Below are positions 44,611 through 55,106 of a stretch of 64,000 nucleotides of DNA, one piece after another. Below the pieces are notes generated by a model, which did not search any database, was not told where the DNA came from, and saw nothing but the letters and a program-made list of their open reading frames with translations. The position numbers and the translations under genes were made by a program. The stretch lies in contig CACKTS010000002.1 in NCBI GenBank assembly GCA_902603095.1, forward strand, positions 3,652-67,651, written 5' to 3'. This DNA is from an uncultured Alphaproteobacteria bacterium. Its GTDB lineage: Bacteria; Pseudomonadota; Alphaproteobacteria; HIMB59; GCA-002718135. Every line of letters starts with the position of its first letter. Position 1 is the first letter of the stretch.

Positions 44611-45435
44611 TTACTTTTTTGAAATTCTATCAAATTCAATCAATTTAGAAATTAAATCTTCTAAATTTTCTATGTTCAACATATTTGGACCATCGCTGAG
44701 TGCTTTATCTGGATTATCATGTGTTTCTATAAAAATTCCTGCTACTCCAATTGCTGCCGCAGCCTTTGAAAGAGTAGTTACAAACTCTCTTTTCCCGCCA
44801 CTCTTTTCACCTAATCCACCAGGTTCTTGAACTGAATGTGTAGAGTCAAAAATCACAGGATATGAATATTTTTTCATAATTTCTAATGCTTTAAAATCAT
44901 TAACTAAATTATTATATCCAAATGAAGTACCTCTTTCAGTAATCATAATCTTTGTATTTCCAGTGCTCTCTATTTTTTTAAAAATATTTGGAACCTCATA
45001 AGGTGATAAAAATTGACCTTTTTTTATATTTATAATTTTATTTGTTTTTGCCGCAGATATTAATAAATCTGTTTGTCTACATAAAAATGCAGGAATTTGT
45101 AAAATATCTACACTCTCAGATTTTGAAAAGTACTCACATTGACTTTCATTATGTATATCTGTTAATATAGGACAATTAAAAGTAGTTTTAATTTTATCGA
45201 AAATTTTTTCAGCCTTTTCAATACTAACTCCTCTACTGCTATTAATGCTGGATCTATTTGCTTTATCAAAACTTGATTTAAAAACAAAGTTGATCTTTGT
45301 TTTTAGACATATTTCTGCAATTTTTTCTGCCATCATTAAACAATGATTTTCACTTTCAATTACACATGGGCCTAAAATTAATATTAATTCATTTGTGTTT
45401 GAGATTTCAAAGTTTTTTAATTTAATTTTATTCAT
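44611..45435 (-). CDS. kdsA: 3-deoxy-8-phosphooctulonate (KDO-8-P) synthase
   Basis: 274 aa. ...[10 protein letters not shown]..., ...[12 protein letters not shown]..., ...IFDSTHSVQ... Confidence 0.9.
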   Translation of the reverse strand: MNKIKLKNFEISNTNELILILGPCVIESENHCLMMAEKIAEICLKTKINFVFKSSFDKANRSSINSSRGVSIEKAEKIFDKIKTTFNCPILTDIHNESQCEYFSKSESVDILQIPAFLCRQTDLLISAAKTNKIINIKKGQFLSPYEVPNIFKKIESTGNTKIMITERGTSFGYNNLVNDFKALEIMKKYSYPVIFDSTHSVQEPGGLGEKSGGKREFVTTLSKAAAAIGVAGIFIETHDNPDKALSDGPNMLNIENLEDLISKLIEFDRISKK

Positions 45436-47042
45436 TTTTTACAATTTTTAATGAAAGATGAAAATAAAGGATGTGGCGACAAAGGTCTAGATTTTAATTC
45501 GGGGTGAAACTGAACACCAATAAACCACTTATGTTTTTTACTTTCCAAAACCTCAGGAAGAACATTATCTGGAGACATACCTGAGAACTCAAATCCTTTA
45601 TCTTTGAAACCATTAGTATAAGTCAGGTCTACCTCATATCTGTGTCTATGTCTCTCTGAAATTTCAGTTGAATTATAAATTTCACTAATTTTAGAATTAG
45701 GATGCAAGATTGCCTTATATAATCCAAGTCTCATTGTTCCCCCCTTATCACTATCTTGATTCCTTTTTTCAATCTTCTTTTCATTATTCCATTCTGTCAT
45801 TAAGCTAACTACTGGATTTTTAGTTGATTTAAATTCAGTAGAATTTGAGTCATTTAATCCAATTACATTTCTAGCAATTTCTATAACGCTTAATTGCATA
45901 CCTAAACATATTCCAAAAAATGGTATATCATTCTCTCTTGCATATTTTATTGCTTCGATTTTACCCTCAACACCTCTATAACCAAAACCTCCAGGTATCA
46001 AAATTCCATCAACACAACTTAATTCTTTAACTAATTGATTAGTTTCAATTTTTTCTGCATCCATCCAGTGAATTTCAACTTTAACATCATTTTCTAAGCC
46101 ACCATGTGTTAAAGCCTCTATTAGAGATTTATAACTATCTTTTAAATTAGTATATTTACCAACTACTCCAATTCTTACTGTTTGCTTTAAATTATCAATT
46201 TTATTAATCAAATTTTCCCATGCTTTTAAATCTAGAGAATATTTTGAATTATCAAAACCTAAATGTTCTAGCAAAACTCTATCAAGACCTGCTTTGGAAT
46301 AGGTGGATGGTACTTCATAAATAGAATTTGCATTTAATGCAGGTATAACAGAATCTTTTTTAACATTACAAAACTGTGAAATTTTTTCGAGAGAATCATC
46401 GTTGATTTCTTTTTCACATCTACACATAATTATATCTGGTTGAATTCCTGAGTTTAATAACTCTTTTACAGAATGTTGTGTTGGTTTAGTTTTTAATTCT
46501 CCTGCAGAACTAAGATAAGGCACATATGTCATGTGAATTAAAGCTGAATGATAATTTTTATCATTTCTTATTTGTCTAATTGCTTCTAAAAAAGGAAGCG
46601 ACTCAATATCGCCTACAGTCCCACCAATTTCATAAATTATAATATCTTCATCTTCAATATTACTATTAATGAATAATTTAATTTCATCAGTTACGTGAGG
46701 TATAACTTGAATTGTAGCTCCAAGATAATCTCCCTTTCTTTCTTTTTTTAAAACATTTGAATATATTTTTCCTGAAGATGTGCTGTCAGATTTTTTAGCA
46801 GATATATTTGTAAACCTTTCATAATGACCTAGATCAAGATCAGTCTCTGCCCCATCATCTGTAACAAATACTTCTCCATGTTGATATGGACTCATAGTTC
46901 CAGGGTCTACATTGAGATAAGGATCTAATTTTCTTATTCTAACTTTAAAGTTTCTTAACTGTAGGAGAGATGCAAGTGCTGCAGATGCAATACCTTTTCC
47001 AAGTGATGAGGCAACTCCTCCCGTAATAAATACATATTGCAT
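45432..47042 (-). CDS. pyrG: CTP synthase
   Basis: 536 aa. ...[14 protein letters not shown]..., GATase part ...[10 protein letters not shown]..., ...VQFHPE... ATGA-type overlap with kdsA. Confidence 0.95.
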   Translation of the reverse strand: MQYVFITGGVASSLGKGIASAALASLLQLRNFKVRIRKLDPYLNVDPGTMSPYQHGEVFVTDDGAETDLDLGHYERFTNISAKKSDSTSSGKIYSNVLKKERKGDYLGATIQVIPHVTDEIKLFINSNIEDEDIIIYEIGGTVGDIESLPFLEAIRQIRNDKNYHSALIHMTYVPYLSSAGELKTKPTQHSVKELLNSGIQPDIIMCRCEKEINDDSLEKISQFCNVKKDSVIPALNANSIYEVPSTYSKAGLDRVLLEHLGFDNSKYSLDLKAWENLINKIDNLKQTVRIGVVGKYTNLKDSYKSLIEALTHGGLENDVKVEIHWMDAEKIETNQLVKELSCVDGILIPGGFGYRGVEGKIEAIKYARENDIPFFGICLGMQLSVIEIARNVIGLNDSNSTEFKSTKNPVVSLMTEWNNEKKIEKRNQDSDKGGTMRLGLYKAILHPNSKISEIYNSTEISERHRHRYEVDLTYTNGFKDKGFEFSGMSPDNVLPEVLESKKHKWFIGVQFHPELKSRPLSPHPLFSSFIKNCKK

Positions 47043-47092
47043 TACGGATAACCCTGATACAGAATTGAGTTATCTAGATCAAGATAATAATA

Positions 47093-47404
47093 TTAATTGT
47101 TTTCTGGAATTACTGGTTCTTCTGGGCTTTCTGCCTCAGAATTAATAGAAGGAAGTGACTCTAAGATATTTTTTTCTGATCCTACTGACGCAAAAATAGT
47201 CAATATTACACTCATAACCATAAATAAAGTTGCAGTTAAGGCTGTTAGTCTCGATAGTAAATTAGCAGAGCCTCTTGCAGACATCATTCCTCCAATACCT
47301 CCACCTCCTCCAAGTCCGAGACCTTCATTGTCGGTACCTTGAAGCAATACTAATATAACTAGAAGGATTGCTAATATTAGTTGAATAATTATTAGTGTTA
47401 TCAT
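47093..47404 (-). CDS. secG: preprotein translocase subunit SecG
   Basis: 103 aa. Two TM helices separated by the Gly-rich loop GLGLGGGGGIGG. Confidence 0.85.
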   Translation of the reverse strand: MITLIIIQLILAILLVILVLLQGTDNEGLGLGGGGGIGGMMSARGSANLLSRLTALTATLFMVMSVILTIFASVGSEKNILESLPSINSEAESPEEPVIPENN

Positions 47405-47442
47405 GCGGTACTTATATTTATTAAGTATTATAAATCAAGTTA

Positions 47443-48171
47443 TTAATCTTCTATTATTTTTTTAAATTCCTCTAAATTAATTGAGGAACCACCTATTAAT
47501 GCTCCATCAACATTAGGTAAAGCAACTATTTCTTTTGCATTAGATGACTTAACAGATCCACCATATAAAATTTTAAAATTATTAAATTTTTTATTATTTT
47601 TTCTTATAAATTTATGAGTAGATTCAATTTCTTCATATGATGGAGTCAATCCAGTTCCGATAGCCCATACCGGCTCATAGGCGATTATAGTATTTGATGC
47701 ATTAGATGAGTCAGAAATAGATTCTTTTAATTGATTTTCTAAAACTTCATTTGTTTTACCATTCTCTTTTTCTTCTAATGTTTCACCAACACAAACAATT
47801 GGTATAATTCCATCTTTTATCAATTGAAAAGATTTTAAGTTTATTTCACCATTTTTTTCATAAAAAATTTGTCTTCTTTCTGAATGACCAACTATACAAA
47901 AATCAATTTTAAAATCACGAAGAGAGTTAGATGAAATTTCACCAGTATAAGCTCCATCTTCATATTGTGAAACATTTTGAGCACCAATGAAAAATTTGTT
48001 TTTTTTCTGAGATAAAGTATCCAAATAAATTGAGGTAGGACATATCACTATGCATTTTGATGTATCTTTTGGTATTTGTATTTGATCAAAAAATTGATCA
48101 ATAAAGTTTAAATTTCCGTGTAATTTCCAATTTGCTACAAAAAATGAAGAAAAACTATCTAATTTGATCAT
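47443..48171 (-). CDS. tpiA: triose-phosphate isomerase
   Basis: About 242 aa from ATG 48171 (MIKLDSFSSFFVANWKLHGN...). ...VGHSERR..., ...AYEPVWAIGTG..., ...YGGSV... The track ORF (319 aa) carries a spurious N-terminal extension. Confidence 0.9.
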   Translation of the reverse strand: MIKLDSFSSFFVANWKLHGNLNFIDQFFDQIQIPKDTSKCIVICPTSIYLDTLSQKKNKFFIGAQNVSQYEDGAYTGEISSNSLRDFKIDFCIVGHSERRQIFYEKNGEINLKSFQLIKDGIIPIVCVGETLEEKENGKTNEVLENQLKESISDSSNASNTIIAYEPVWAIGTGLTPSYEEIESTHKFIRKNNKKFNNFKILYGGSVKSSNAKEIVALPNVDGALIGGSSINLEEFKKIIED

Positions 48172-48217
48172 AATTATTTCCCTTATAGAAACTATTATTA
48201 TAGAAGCAACAATATTT

Positions 48218-50104
48218 ATGTTTAGAAGTCTAGGAAAATCAAAAATAGCTTTTGTATTGGCTATACTTTTTGGAATAAGCCTATTTTTTTTTAGAGGCGG
48301 TGAAAGATACTCAAATTTATTTAATTCAGATAATATTGTAGCTTCAGTCTCTGGAACCACTATTTCTACTTCTAAGTTTCTTAGAGTTATGCAAATTAAC
48401 ATTAATCAGTATAGTCAAATGTTAGGTAGGCCCCTTACTAATGAAGAAATTAAGGCATTCCAAATTCATTCAACGGCACTTGGTAATTTGATAAACGGAG
48501 CAGTATATGAAAATGAATTTGATATTCAAAATTTTATTATTGATGAAACAGTTGTTGCTTCAGAAACAAAGAAAAGGTTTCCCAATTTATACAATAAAAA
48601 TAATAAACTTGATGAACTAGCTCTAAACTCATTTCTAAAACAACAAAATTTAAAAATTGATGATTTTGTAAAAATTATTGATTTTGAGACCAGAGCGAGG
48701 GTTTTTGATAAACTTTTTTTTCAGGTTGATTATCCAAAAGAAATGGAGGAAGTTATAAACAAACATAACAATCATACAAGAAATGTTAATTTAATTAAAT
48801 TTAATATTAATGATTTTGAATTAAAAAATTATAAAGAATTAAATATATCTGAAAATAATAACGAAATTATAGATTACTATAACAAAAATATTAATTCATA
48901 TATTGATCCTGAAAAAAGAAATATATCTTACGTTGTAATCAATAAAGATGATTATAAAAATGAATTTATACCTTCTGAAAGTCAGATTTTAAATTATTAT
49001 AATGATAATGAAAATTTATTTTTAAATCCTGAAAAAAGAGATTTTATTCAATTTAATTTTAAAAGTTCAGAGGAGGCAGATAATTTTAAAAAAAATATTA
49101 GTACTTTAAATAATGAAAATATTATTAAATTTGCTAAAGAAAATAATGTTTTCTTTAATGAATTTTCAAATGTTTCACAAAATGAAGTTTTAGAAGAATT
49201 ATCAAATGTTATATTCCGTTTAGAAGAAAATGAGGTTTCTAAAGTTGTTGAAACTGTAATTGCAAAACATGTAGTAATTGTTAATAAAATATATCCAGAA
49301 TTTCAAAAAAATATTGATGAGTCGAAAGAAGAAATTTCAAAAAATTTACTTGAAGTTGAACTTGATGGATATTTATTAGATTTAAAAAATAGAATTAATC
49401 AACAAATTCTTGATGGATTTTCATTAAATGAGATAGCCTCAGATAATTCTCTAACTATCAAAACTATAAATAATGCTGAAAAATTTGGTGATGAAATTGA
49501 AAATGACTTGGTTAGAAATGAGGTTATATCTAAAGGATTTTCAACTAATAAAGATTTTGTAAGTGATATGGTTGATGTTGATGATAGCAGATCTATTATT
49601 ATCAACGTAGATAAAATTGAAAACTCAAAACCTTATGATTTTAAAGAAGTTTTTGAAATAGTATCAAATGATTGGATGAAATCTCTTAAAATTTTAGAGA
49701 TAGAAGAAAAAATTGATGTGCTTTATACAAAAAACCAAACTGTTGAAAATGTTTATGATGATGAATTAGTTAATGAAATGTCTAAAAGAAATTTTGAACT
49801 CGTTTTTAGTTCAATTGATGCAGAAATCTTAAATATTGATATTAGATTAGATAATATTGACTACCCATCTAGCTTAAAAAATAAATTATTTTCAAATGAT
49901 ATTAATGAAATATCTCTAAGCATTGAAGGTGATGATATTTATATAGCAAAAGTTAATAATATTTCTTTTTCTGATGAAAATGAAAATTTTCAACAAATTT
50001 TTATGTTATCTGAACTAAGAGGTAATTTTGGTGCTGAGATATTTAAAGATAAAAAAATATCAACAAATGATAATTTAATTGAGGCTTTAATCAGCCAATA
50101 TTAA
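48218..50104 (+). CDS. periplasmic chaperone PpiD-like protein (SurA N-terminal domain family), membrane anchored
   Basis: About 628 aa from ATG 48218 (MFRSLGKSKIAFVLAILFG... TM anchor). A long N/E/K-rich periplasmic part follows. Its position upstream of trpE matches other alphaproteobacteria. Confidence 0.6.
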   Translation: MFRSLGKSKIAFVLAILFGISLFFFRGGERYSNLFNSDNIVASVSGTTISTSKFLRVMQININQYSQMLGRPLTNEEIKAFQIHSTALGNLINGAVYENEFDIQNFIIDETVVASETKKRFPNLYNKNNKLDELALNSFLKQQNLKIDDFVKIIDFETRARVFDKLFFQVDYPKEMEEVINKHNNHTRNVNLIKFNINDFELKNYKELNISENNNEIIDYYNKNINSYIDPEKRNISYVVINKDDYKNEFIPSESQILNYYNDNENLFLNPEKRDFIQFNFKSSEEADNFKKNISTLNNENIIKFAKENNVFFNEFSNVSQNEVLEELSNVIFRLEENEVSKVVETVIAKHVVIVNKIYPEFQKNIDESKEEISKNLLEVELDGYLLDLKNRINQQILDGFSLNEIASDNSLTIKTINNAEKFGDEIENDLVRNEVISKGFSTNKDFVSDMVDVDDSRSIIINVDKIENSKPYDFKEVFEIVSNDWMKSLKILEIEEKIDVLYTKNQTVENVYDDELVNEMSKRNFELVFSSIDAEILNIDIRLDNIDYPSSLKNKLFSNDINEISLSIEGDDIYIAKVNNISFSDENENFQQIFMLSELRGNFGAEIFKDKKISTNDNLIEALISQY

Positions 50105-51579
50105 TGGATGAGTTTAAAAAAAATTTTATTGAAGGTCTAAAACAAAAAAAACCTCAGTTATTAACTAATAATTTAATTGCTGATGTTGAAACACCTATTT
50201 CTTGTCTGCTTAAAATACAAAAAAATCAAAAGTATTCTTTTTTATTAGAGTCAGTCGAAGGTGGTAGTCTTAGAGGGAGATACTCGCTTTTAGGTTGTGA
50301 CCCAGATATAATATGGAAAGTAGAAAATAACTCAGCTGAAATCATATATAATTATGAGAATTACAATTATGATATCTCTGAAAAACCAATTGATTCACTT
50401 AAAAATTTAATAGATTTGTCAAAATTTGATCGAGGTAAAATAGAAGTGCCTTATCCTATATTAGTTGGATATTTAGGCTATCCAATGATCAAATATATGG
50501 AGCAAATAAAATTAAAAAATCCAGATAATATTAATATACCTGATTCCGTTTTAATTCGACCAAAAGTTGTAACTGTTTTTGATAATATAAAAGACAGCAT
50601 AACAGTCATGACAATAGTGTATCCAAGTAATAACATTAATTATGAAAATATTTATGATGACGCTAAAAAATTATTAGAAACTAAAGTCAGTAAACTTAAA
50701 GAAAGTCTTGTTCAAGAATCTTATGGTAATATTAAGTCAAAACTTAATTTTAAATCTAACTATTCAAAAAATGAATATTTTTCAATAATTTCAAAAGCAA
50801 AAAAATATATAACTGATGGTGATATTTTTCAGGTAGTTACTTCTCAAAGATTTGAAACAGATTACGATTTAAAAGCTACCAGCTTGTATAGATCTTTAAG
50901 AAGATTAAACCCTTCTCCCTATTTAGTAAATTTGAATTTTGATAAATTTGGTTTAGTTGCTTCTAGCCCTGAACTCCTTGTTCAATTAAGGAATGAGAAA
51001 ATTACTATTAGACCTATAGCTGGCACAAGAAAAAGAGGCAAAAATGCAAATGAAGATCTTAAATTATCTAAAGACTTGCTTGAAGATAAAAAAGAACTAG
51101 CTGAACATTTAATGCTACTTGATCTGGGAAGGAATGATGTTGGGAGAGTTGCAAAAAATAATTCAGTAAAAGTGACAGAAAAAATGATCATTGAATACTA
51201 TTCTCATGTTATGCATATAGTATCAAATGTTGAAGGAATGATTGAAAAACAATATGATGCTGTAGATGCGCTAAAAGCTGGTTTTCCTGCTGGAACAGTA
51301 TCTGGGGCACCCAAAATCCGTGCAATGCAAATTATTGAAGAGCTTGAAAATTTAAATAGAAGTTTCTATGCTGGGTGTATGGGCTATTTTGATTCTAACG
51401 GCGATATGGACACATGTATAAGTTTAAGAAGTGGGTTAGTAAAAGATGGTAAATTGTATATTCAAGCTGGCGGAGGTGTAGTTTATGATTCAAATCCAGA
51501 GGATGAATATCAAGAAACAATTAACAAAGCTGGAGCATTGATGGCAGCCGCTGAAGATTCCTATAAATACAACCAATGA
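50104..51579 (+). CDS. trpE: anthranilate synthase component I
   Basis: 491 aa. ...LLESVEGG..., ...NPSPYL..., ...GTVSGAPKIRAMQII... TAATG junction with the upstream gene. Confidence 0.9.
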   Translation: MDEFKKNFIEGLKQKKPQLLTNNLIADVETPISCLLKIQKNQKYSFLLESVEGGSLRGRYSLLGCDPDIIWKVENNSAEIIYNYENYNYDISEKPIDSLKNLIDLSKFDRGKIEVPYPILVGYLGYPMIKYMEQIKLKNPDNINIPDSVLIRPKVVTVFDNIKDSITVMTIVYPSNNINYENIYDDAKKLLETKVSKLKESLVQESYGNIKSKLNFKSNYSKNEYFSIISKAKKYITDGDIFQVVTSQRFETDYDLKATSLYRSLRRLNPSPYLVNLNFDKFGLVASSPELLVQLRNEKITIRPIAGTRKRGKNANEDLKLSKDLLEDKKELAEHLMLLDLGRNDVGRVAKNNSVKVTEKMIIEYYSHVMHIVSNVEGMIEKQYDAVDALKAGFPAGTVSGAPKIRAMQIIEELENLNRSFYAGCMGYFDSNGDMDTCISLRSGLVKDGKLYIQAGGGVVYDSNPEDEYQETINKAGALMAAAEDSYKYNQ

Positions 51580-52154
51580 TAATTTTAATAGATAATTATG
51601 ATAGTTTTACATACAATGTAAAACATTATTTAAATGAGATTGGTGCAAAAGTTGAAACTTTTAGAAATGATAAGATAACATTAAATGAAATAGAGAAAAT
51701 AAATCCTAAAGCCATAGTGCTTTCTCCTGGACCTTGTACTCCTAATGAAGCAGGTATTTCACTTAATCTAATAAATAAATTTAAAGATAAGTTTCCTCTT
51801 TTGGGTATTTGTCTAGGACATCAATCTATTGGACAAGCTTTTGGAGCAAAAATAATTAAATGTGAAGAAATCATGCATGGTAAAATTGATTCAATGATGC
51901 ATTACAATCATGCAATATTTAAAGATATTGATAAAAAATTTTTTGCAACAAGATATCACTCCTTGGTTATAGACAGAAATACATTATCAGATAATTTTAT
52001 AATAACTGCAGAAACTGAAAAAAAAATTATTATGGGCATTGCTCACATTAACTTACCTATTTATGGCTTTCAATTTCATCCAGAAAGTATTGGTACTGAA
52101 TTTGGAAAAAAATTATTAAAAAACTTTTTAAATATTATAAATTATGGAAATTAA
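51576..52154 (+). CDS. trpG: anthranilate synthase component II (glutamine amidotransferase TrpG/PabA)
   Basis: 192 aa. ...IDNYDSFTYN..., GICLGHQ, ...FQFHPES... Confidence 0.9.
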   Translation: MIILIDNYDSFTYNVKHYLNEIGAKVETFRNDKITLNEIEKINPKAIVLSPGPCTPNEAGISLNLINKFKDKFPLLGICLGHQSIGQAFGAKIIKCEEIMHGKIDSMMHYNHAIFKDIDKKFFATRYHSLVIDRNTLSDNFIITAETEKKIIMGIAHINLPIYGFQFHPESIGTEFGKKLLKNFLNIINYGN

Positions 52155-53145
52155 AAAAATAAAAGAAAAATTATTTTCATTAAATCATTTAACTAATGAT
52201 GATTCATTGTTTCTTTTTGATGAAATTATGAATGGAAGGTTAAGCGAAATTGATATTTCTGCAATTTTAATATTATTAAAAATTAAAGGTGAAACAAAAG
52301 AAGAAATTTTAGGAGCAGCAAAGATTATGCGATCCAAATCACTCAAAATTCACTCATCTGAGAATACGGTTGATACCTGTGGCACTGGCGGGGACATGTC
52401 CGATACACTAAACATATCTACTGCAGCTTCCTTAGTTGCTGCGAGTTGTGGAGTTAAAATTGCTAAGCATGGTAATAAATCTGTAAGTTCAAAATCTGGG
52501 TCAGCAGATATGCTTGAAAAAATTGGATATAAATTTTCAGATGATACAAAGATATTAAAGGAACAATTAGAAAATAATAATTTTTGTTTTATGTTTGCTC
52601 AATACCATCACTCAGCTATGAAACATGTAATTAAAGTAAGGCAAGCACTTGGGACTAGAACTATATTTAATCTTCTAGGCCCTTTGACAAATCCAGCAAA
52701 TGCAAAAAACCAAATATTAGGAGTTTACGATAAAAAATGGCTTAATACTCATTGTGAAGTATTAAAAGAATTAGGTTCAAAAAATGTTTTAGTAGTTCAT
52801 GGCTTAGATGGGTTAGATGAAATATCTCTAAGTGCAAATACACATATATGTGAGTTAAAAGATAATAAAATTCAAAATTATATATTTGATCCTCGTGAAA
52901 TAGGTTATGATTATATTTCTCTTGATGCAATTAAAGGTGGAAACCCTAAATATAATGCAGACAGTTTTAACAAAATGATAAATGGCGACTTTCCACAATT
53001 CCAAAGCATTGTAGAGATTAATGCTGGTGCAGCTTTATATGTTGCTGGGAAAGCTTCAAATATAAAAGAGGGTTCTATAATTGCTGCTAAATCAATAGTT
53101 GAAGGTAAATCAAAAGATTTTATATCAAAAATAATAAGTGAATAA
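52144..53145 (+). CDS. trpD: anthranilate phosphoribosyltransferase
   Basis: 333 aa. ...VDTCGTGGD..., ...KHGN.SVSSKSGSAD... Confidence 0.9.
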   Translation: MEIKKIKEKLFSLNHLTNDDSLFLFDEIMNGRLSEIDISAILILLKIKGETKEEILGAAKIMRSKSLKIHSSENTVDTCGTGGDMSDTLNISTAASLVAASCGVKIAKHGNKSVSSKSGSADMLEKIGYKFSDDTKILKEQLENNNFCFMFAQYHHSAMKHVIKVRQALGTRTIFNLLGPLTNPANAKNQILGVYDKKWLNTHCEVLKELGSKNVLVVHGLDGLDEISLSANTHICELKDNKIQNYIFDPREIGYDYISLDAIKGGNPKYNADSFNKMINGDFPQFQSIVEINAGAALYVAGKASNIKEGSIIAAKSIVEGKSKDFISKIISE

Positions 53146-53932
53146 TATTTTAAAAAAAATTTGTGACGATAAAAAGATAGAAGTTGAAAAAGCTAAAAAA
53201 AAATGCTCATTAAACTCTTTAAAAAAACTTATATCAGAAAAAATTATTAAAAGAGATTTTAAGAATCAAGCAATTGAATATTCTAAAAATAAAAAAAATT
53301 TTTTAATTGGTGAAATAAAAAAAGCTAGTCCAAGTGCAGGAGAAATTATTAAAAACTATGATCCTTTAGATATTGCAAGAATATATGAAAAATCAGGAGT
53401 TAAGGCAATTTCTATTTTAACTGAAGAGAAATATTTTAAAGGTGAAATTGATCATTTATCACTTTTAAAACAAAATACAAATATTCCAATATTGAGAAAA
53501 GATTTTATAATTGACGAATATCAATTATATGAAAGTAAAGTATACCAAGCAGATGTTGTTTTGTTAATTGTATCTATTTTAAATGATGATCAATTAATAA
53601 AATTTATTGAAATATCAAATGAATTAAATTTAGATTGTATTATTGAAGCTCATAATGAAGAAGAAATTAAAAGAGCTTTAAAATTAAAATATCCTATTAT
53701 AGGTATTAACAACAGAAATTTAAAAAATCTTAAAACTGATGTAAAAAATACTATAAATTTATTTACAAATATTAGTAAGGATTATACTGTAATTGCTGAA
53801 AGCGGTATTAAATCATCTTTAGATATAAAAATGTACAATGATTTAGGTATTTTTAATTTTCTTATTGGAGAGTCTATATTAAAATCAAAAAATTATTCCT
53901 CTTTTATTAATAAAATTTTAAATAATGGTTAA
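53138..53932 (+). CDS. trpC: indole-3-glycerol-phosphate synthase
   Basis: 264 aa. GTG start overlapping the trpD stop. ...IGEIKKASPS.G..., ...LRKDFIID.YQ..., ...IGINNRNL... Confidence 0.9.
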   Translation: MNNILKKICDDKKIEVEKAKKKCSLNSLKKLISEKIIKRDFKNQAIEYSKNKKNFLIGEIKKASPSAGEIIKNYDPLDIARIYEKSGVKAISILTEEKYFKGEIDHLSLLKQNTNIPILRKDFIIDEYQLYESKVYQADVVLLIVSILNDDQLIKFIEISNELNLDCIIEAHNEEEIKRALKLKYPIIGINNRNLKNLKTDVKNTINLFTNISKDYTVIAESGIKSSLDIKMYNDLGIFNFLIGESILKSKNYSSFINKILNNG

Positions 53933-54392
53933 CCACTTAGATAAATCAAATAATCCAATCATGGTAGATGTAAGTAATAAAAAAATTACTGAAAGAACAG
54001 CTATTGCCGAAGGAGAGATAATTTTTGATAAAAAAACTTTTAAAAAAATTGATAGCTTTAAATCAAAAAAAGGAAGCATTAATAATATAGCAATTATTGC
54101 AGGAATTATGGGAGCAAAAGAAACATCTAGATTAATTCCGCTTAGTCATAACATCCCAATAGAATCTGTTGAAATTGATATATCAAGAAATAATAAAAAG
54201 AATTTAATTAAAGTCATAGCTAAAGTTAAAACAAGTGCTAAAACTGGAGTTGAGATAGAAGCATTAACAGCTGTTTCAATTAGCTGCCTTACAATTTATG
54301 ATATGTGTAAATATTTAAATAAATCTATAAAAATAAGTAATTTAAGATTAGTATTAAAAAAAGGCGGAAAATCAACGAATTTTAAAAGATAA
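53925..54392 (+). CDS. moaC: cyclic pyranopterin monophosphate synthase accessory protein MoaC
   Basis: 155 aa. ...MVDVS.K..TER.A.A..., ...IPLSHNI..., ...TGVEIEALTA... Overlaps trpC by 8 nt. Confidence 0.9.
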   Translation: MVNHLDKSNNPIMVDVSNKKITERTAIAEGEIIFDKKTFKKIDSFKSKKGSINNIAIIAGIMGAKETSRLIPLSHNIPIESVEIDISRNNKKNLIKVIAKVKTSAKTGVEIEALTAVSISCLTIYDMCKYLNKSIKISNLRLVLKKGGKSTNFKR

Positions 54393-54428
54393 AATTTTTA
54401 AAAAAAATTATTGTTTTTTCTCAAAAGA

Positions 54429-54443
54429 GAACATATATAGAAC
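54429..54443 (+). promoter_or_regulatory. alphaproteobacterial SOS (LexA) box, GAAC-N7-GAAC
   Basis: GAACatatataGAAC ends 4 nt before the lexA ATG (54448). This is the direct-repeat LexA operator type described for Rhodobacter/Rhizobium-group alphaproteobacteria. Confidence 0.7.
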
Positions 54444-54447
54444 ATAT

Positions 54448-55092
54448 ATGCTTACAAAAAAACAAAAAGAGCTGTTTATCTATTTAAAAACTTTCATTTC
54501 AAATAATGAAATATCACCTTCTTTTGAAGAAATGAAAAATGCAGTTAATTTAAAATCAAAATCTGGAATTCATAGATTAATTACTAGTTTAGAACAAAGA
54601 GGTTATATTAAGCGCTTAAAGCATAAAGCTAGGGCAATGGAAATTATAAAGGATTTTCCTAATAAAAATAATAATGAAGTTATTAGCAATAATAATGATG
54701 ATAGTTATATAAAAATACCTTTGGTAGGATTAATCGCAGCTGGAGAGGCTATTGAGGCAATAAATTCATCAGAATCAATGATTTCAGTACCTAAATCCCT
54801 TGTTACAAAAAACTCTACATATTTTGGATTAAAAGTTAAGGGGCTTTCAATGATTGATGAAGGTATTTTTGATGGAGATATTGCAATTATAAAAAAAACT
54901 AGTTCTGCTCAAAATGGTAAAATTGCAGCAGTTCTAACATTAGATAATGAAATAACTCTTAAAAAAATAAAAATTACTAGTCAAAAGATTTATTTGATTC
55001 CTGCAAATAAAGCATACAATATCAAAGAGCATAATTTAGGAGATGTTCAAATTCAGGGTACTTTATCTGGCATTATAAGAAAATATAATTAA
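54448..55092 (+). CDS. lexA: LexA repressor
   Basis: 214 aa. N-terminal wHTH ...PSFEEMKNAVNLKSKSGIHRLITSLEQRGYI... Ala-Gly cleavage site LIAAGEA. S24 peptidase Ser (GLSMIDEGI) and Lys (ITLKKI). Confidence 0.9.
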   Translation: MLTKKQKELFIYLKTFISNNEISPSFEEMKNAVNLKSKSGIHRLITSLEQRGYIKRLKHKARAMEIIKDFPNKNNNEVISNNNDDSYIKIPLVGLIAAGEAIEAINSSESMISVPKSLVTKNSTYFGLKVKGLSMIDEGIFDGDIAIIKKTSSAQNGKIAAVLTLDNEITLKKIKITSQKIYLIPANKAYNIKEHNLGDVQIQGTLSGIIRKYN

Positions 55093-55106
55093 TAGTCATT
55101 TTATAA

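Noticed and set aside
47043-47092. Inverted repeat GATAAC-N16-GTTATC between secG and pyrG.
   Set aside because: It is only 6 bp with a long spacer and no T-run. It is too weak to call a terminator or an operator.
47097-47342. 81-aa plus-strand ORF with a proline run (PPIPPPPPSPRP).
   Set aside because: It is the antisense reading of the SecG glycine-rich loop (GGGGGIGG), and SecG is the real gene.
48164-48402. Apparent 239-nt overlap of the tpiA and ppiD-like ORFs as given in the track.
   Set aside because: Both are N-terminal over-extensions. TpiA similarity begins at ATG 48171 (MIKLDSF..FVANWK) and the PpiD-like membrane anchor begins at ATG 48218. With these starts the genes are divergent with a 46-nt spacer.
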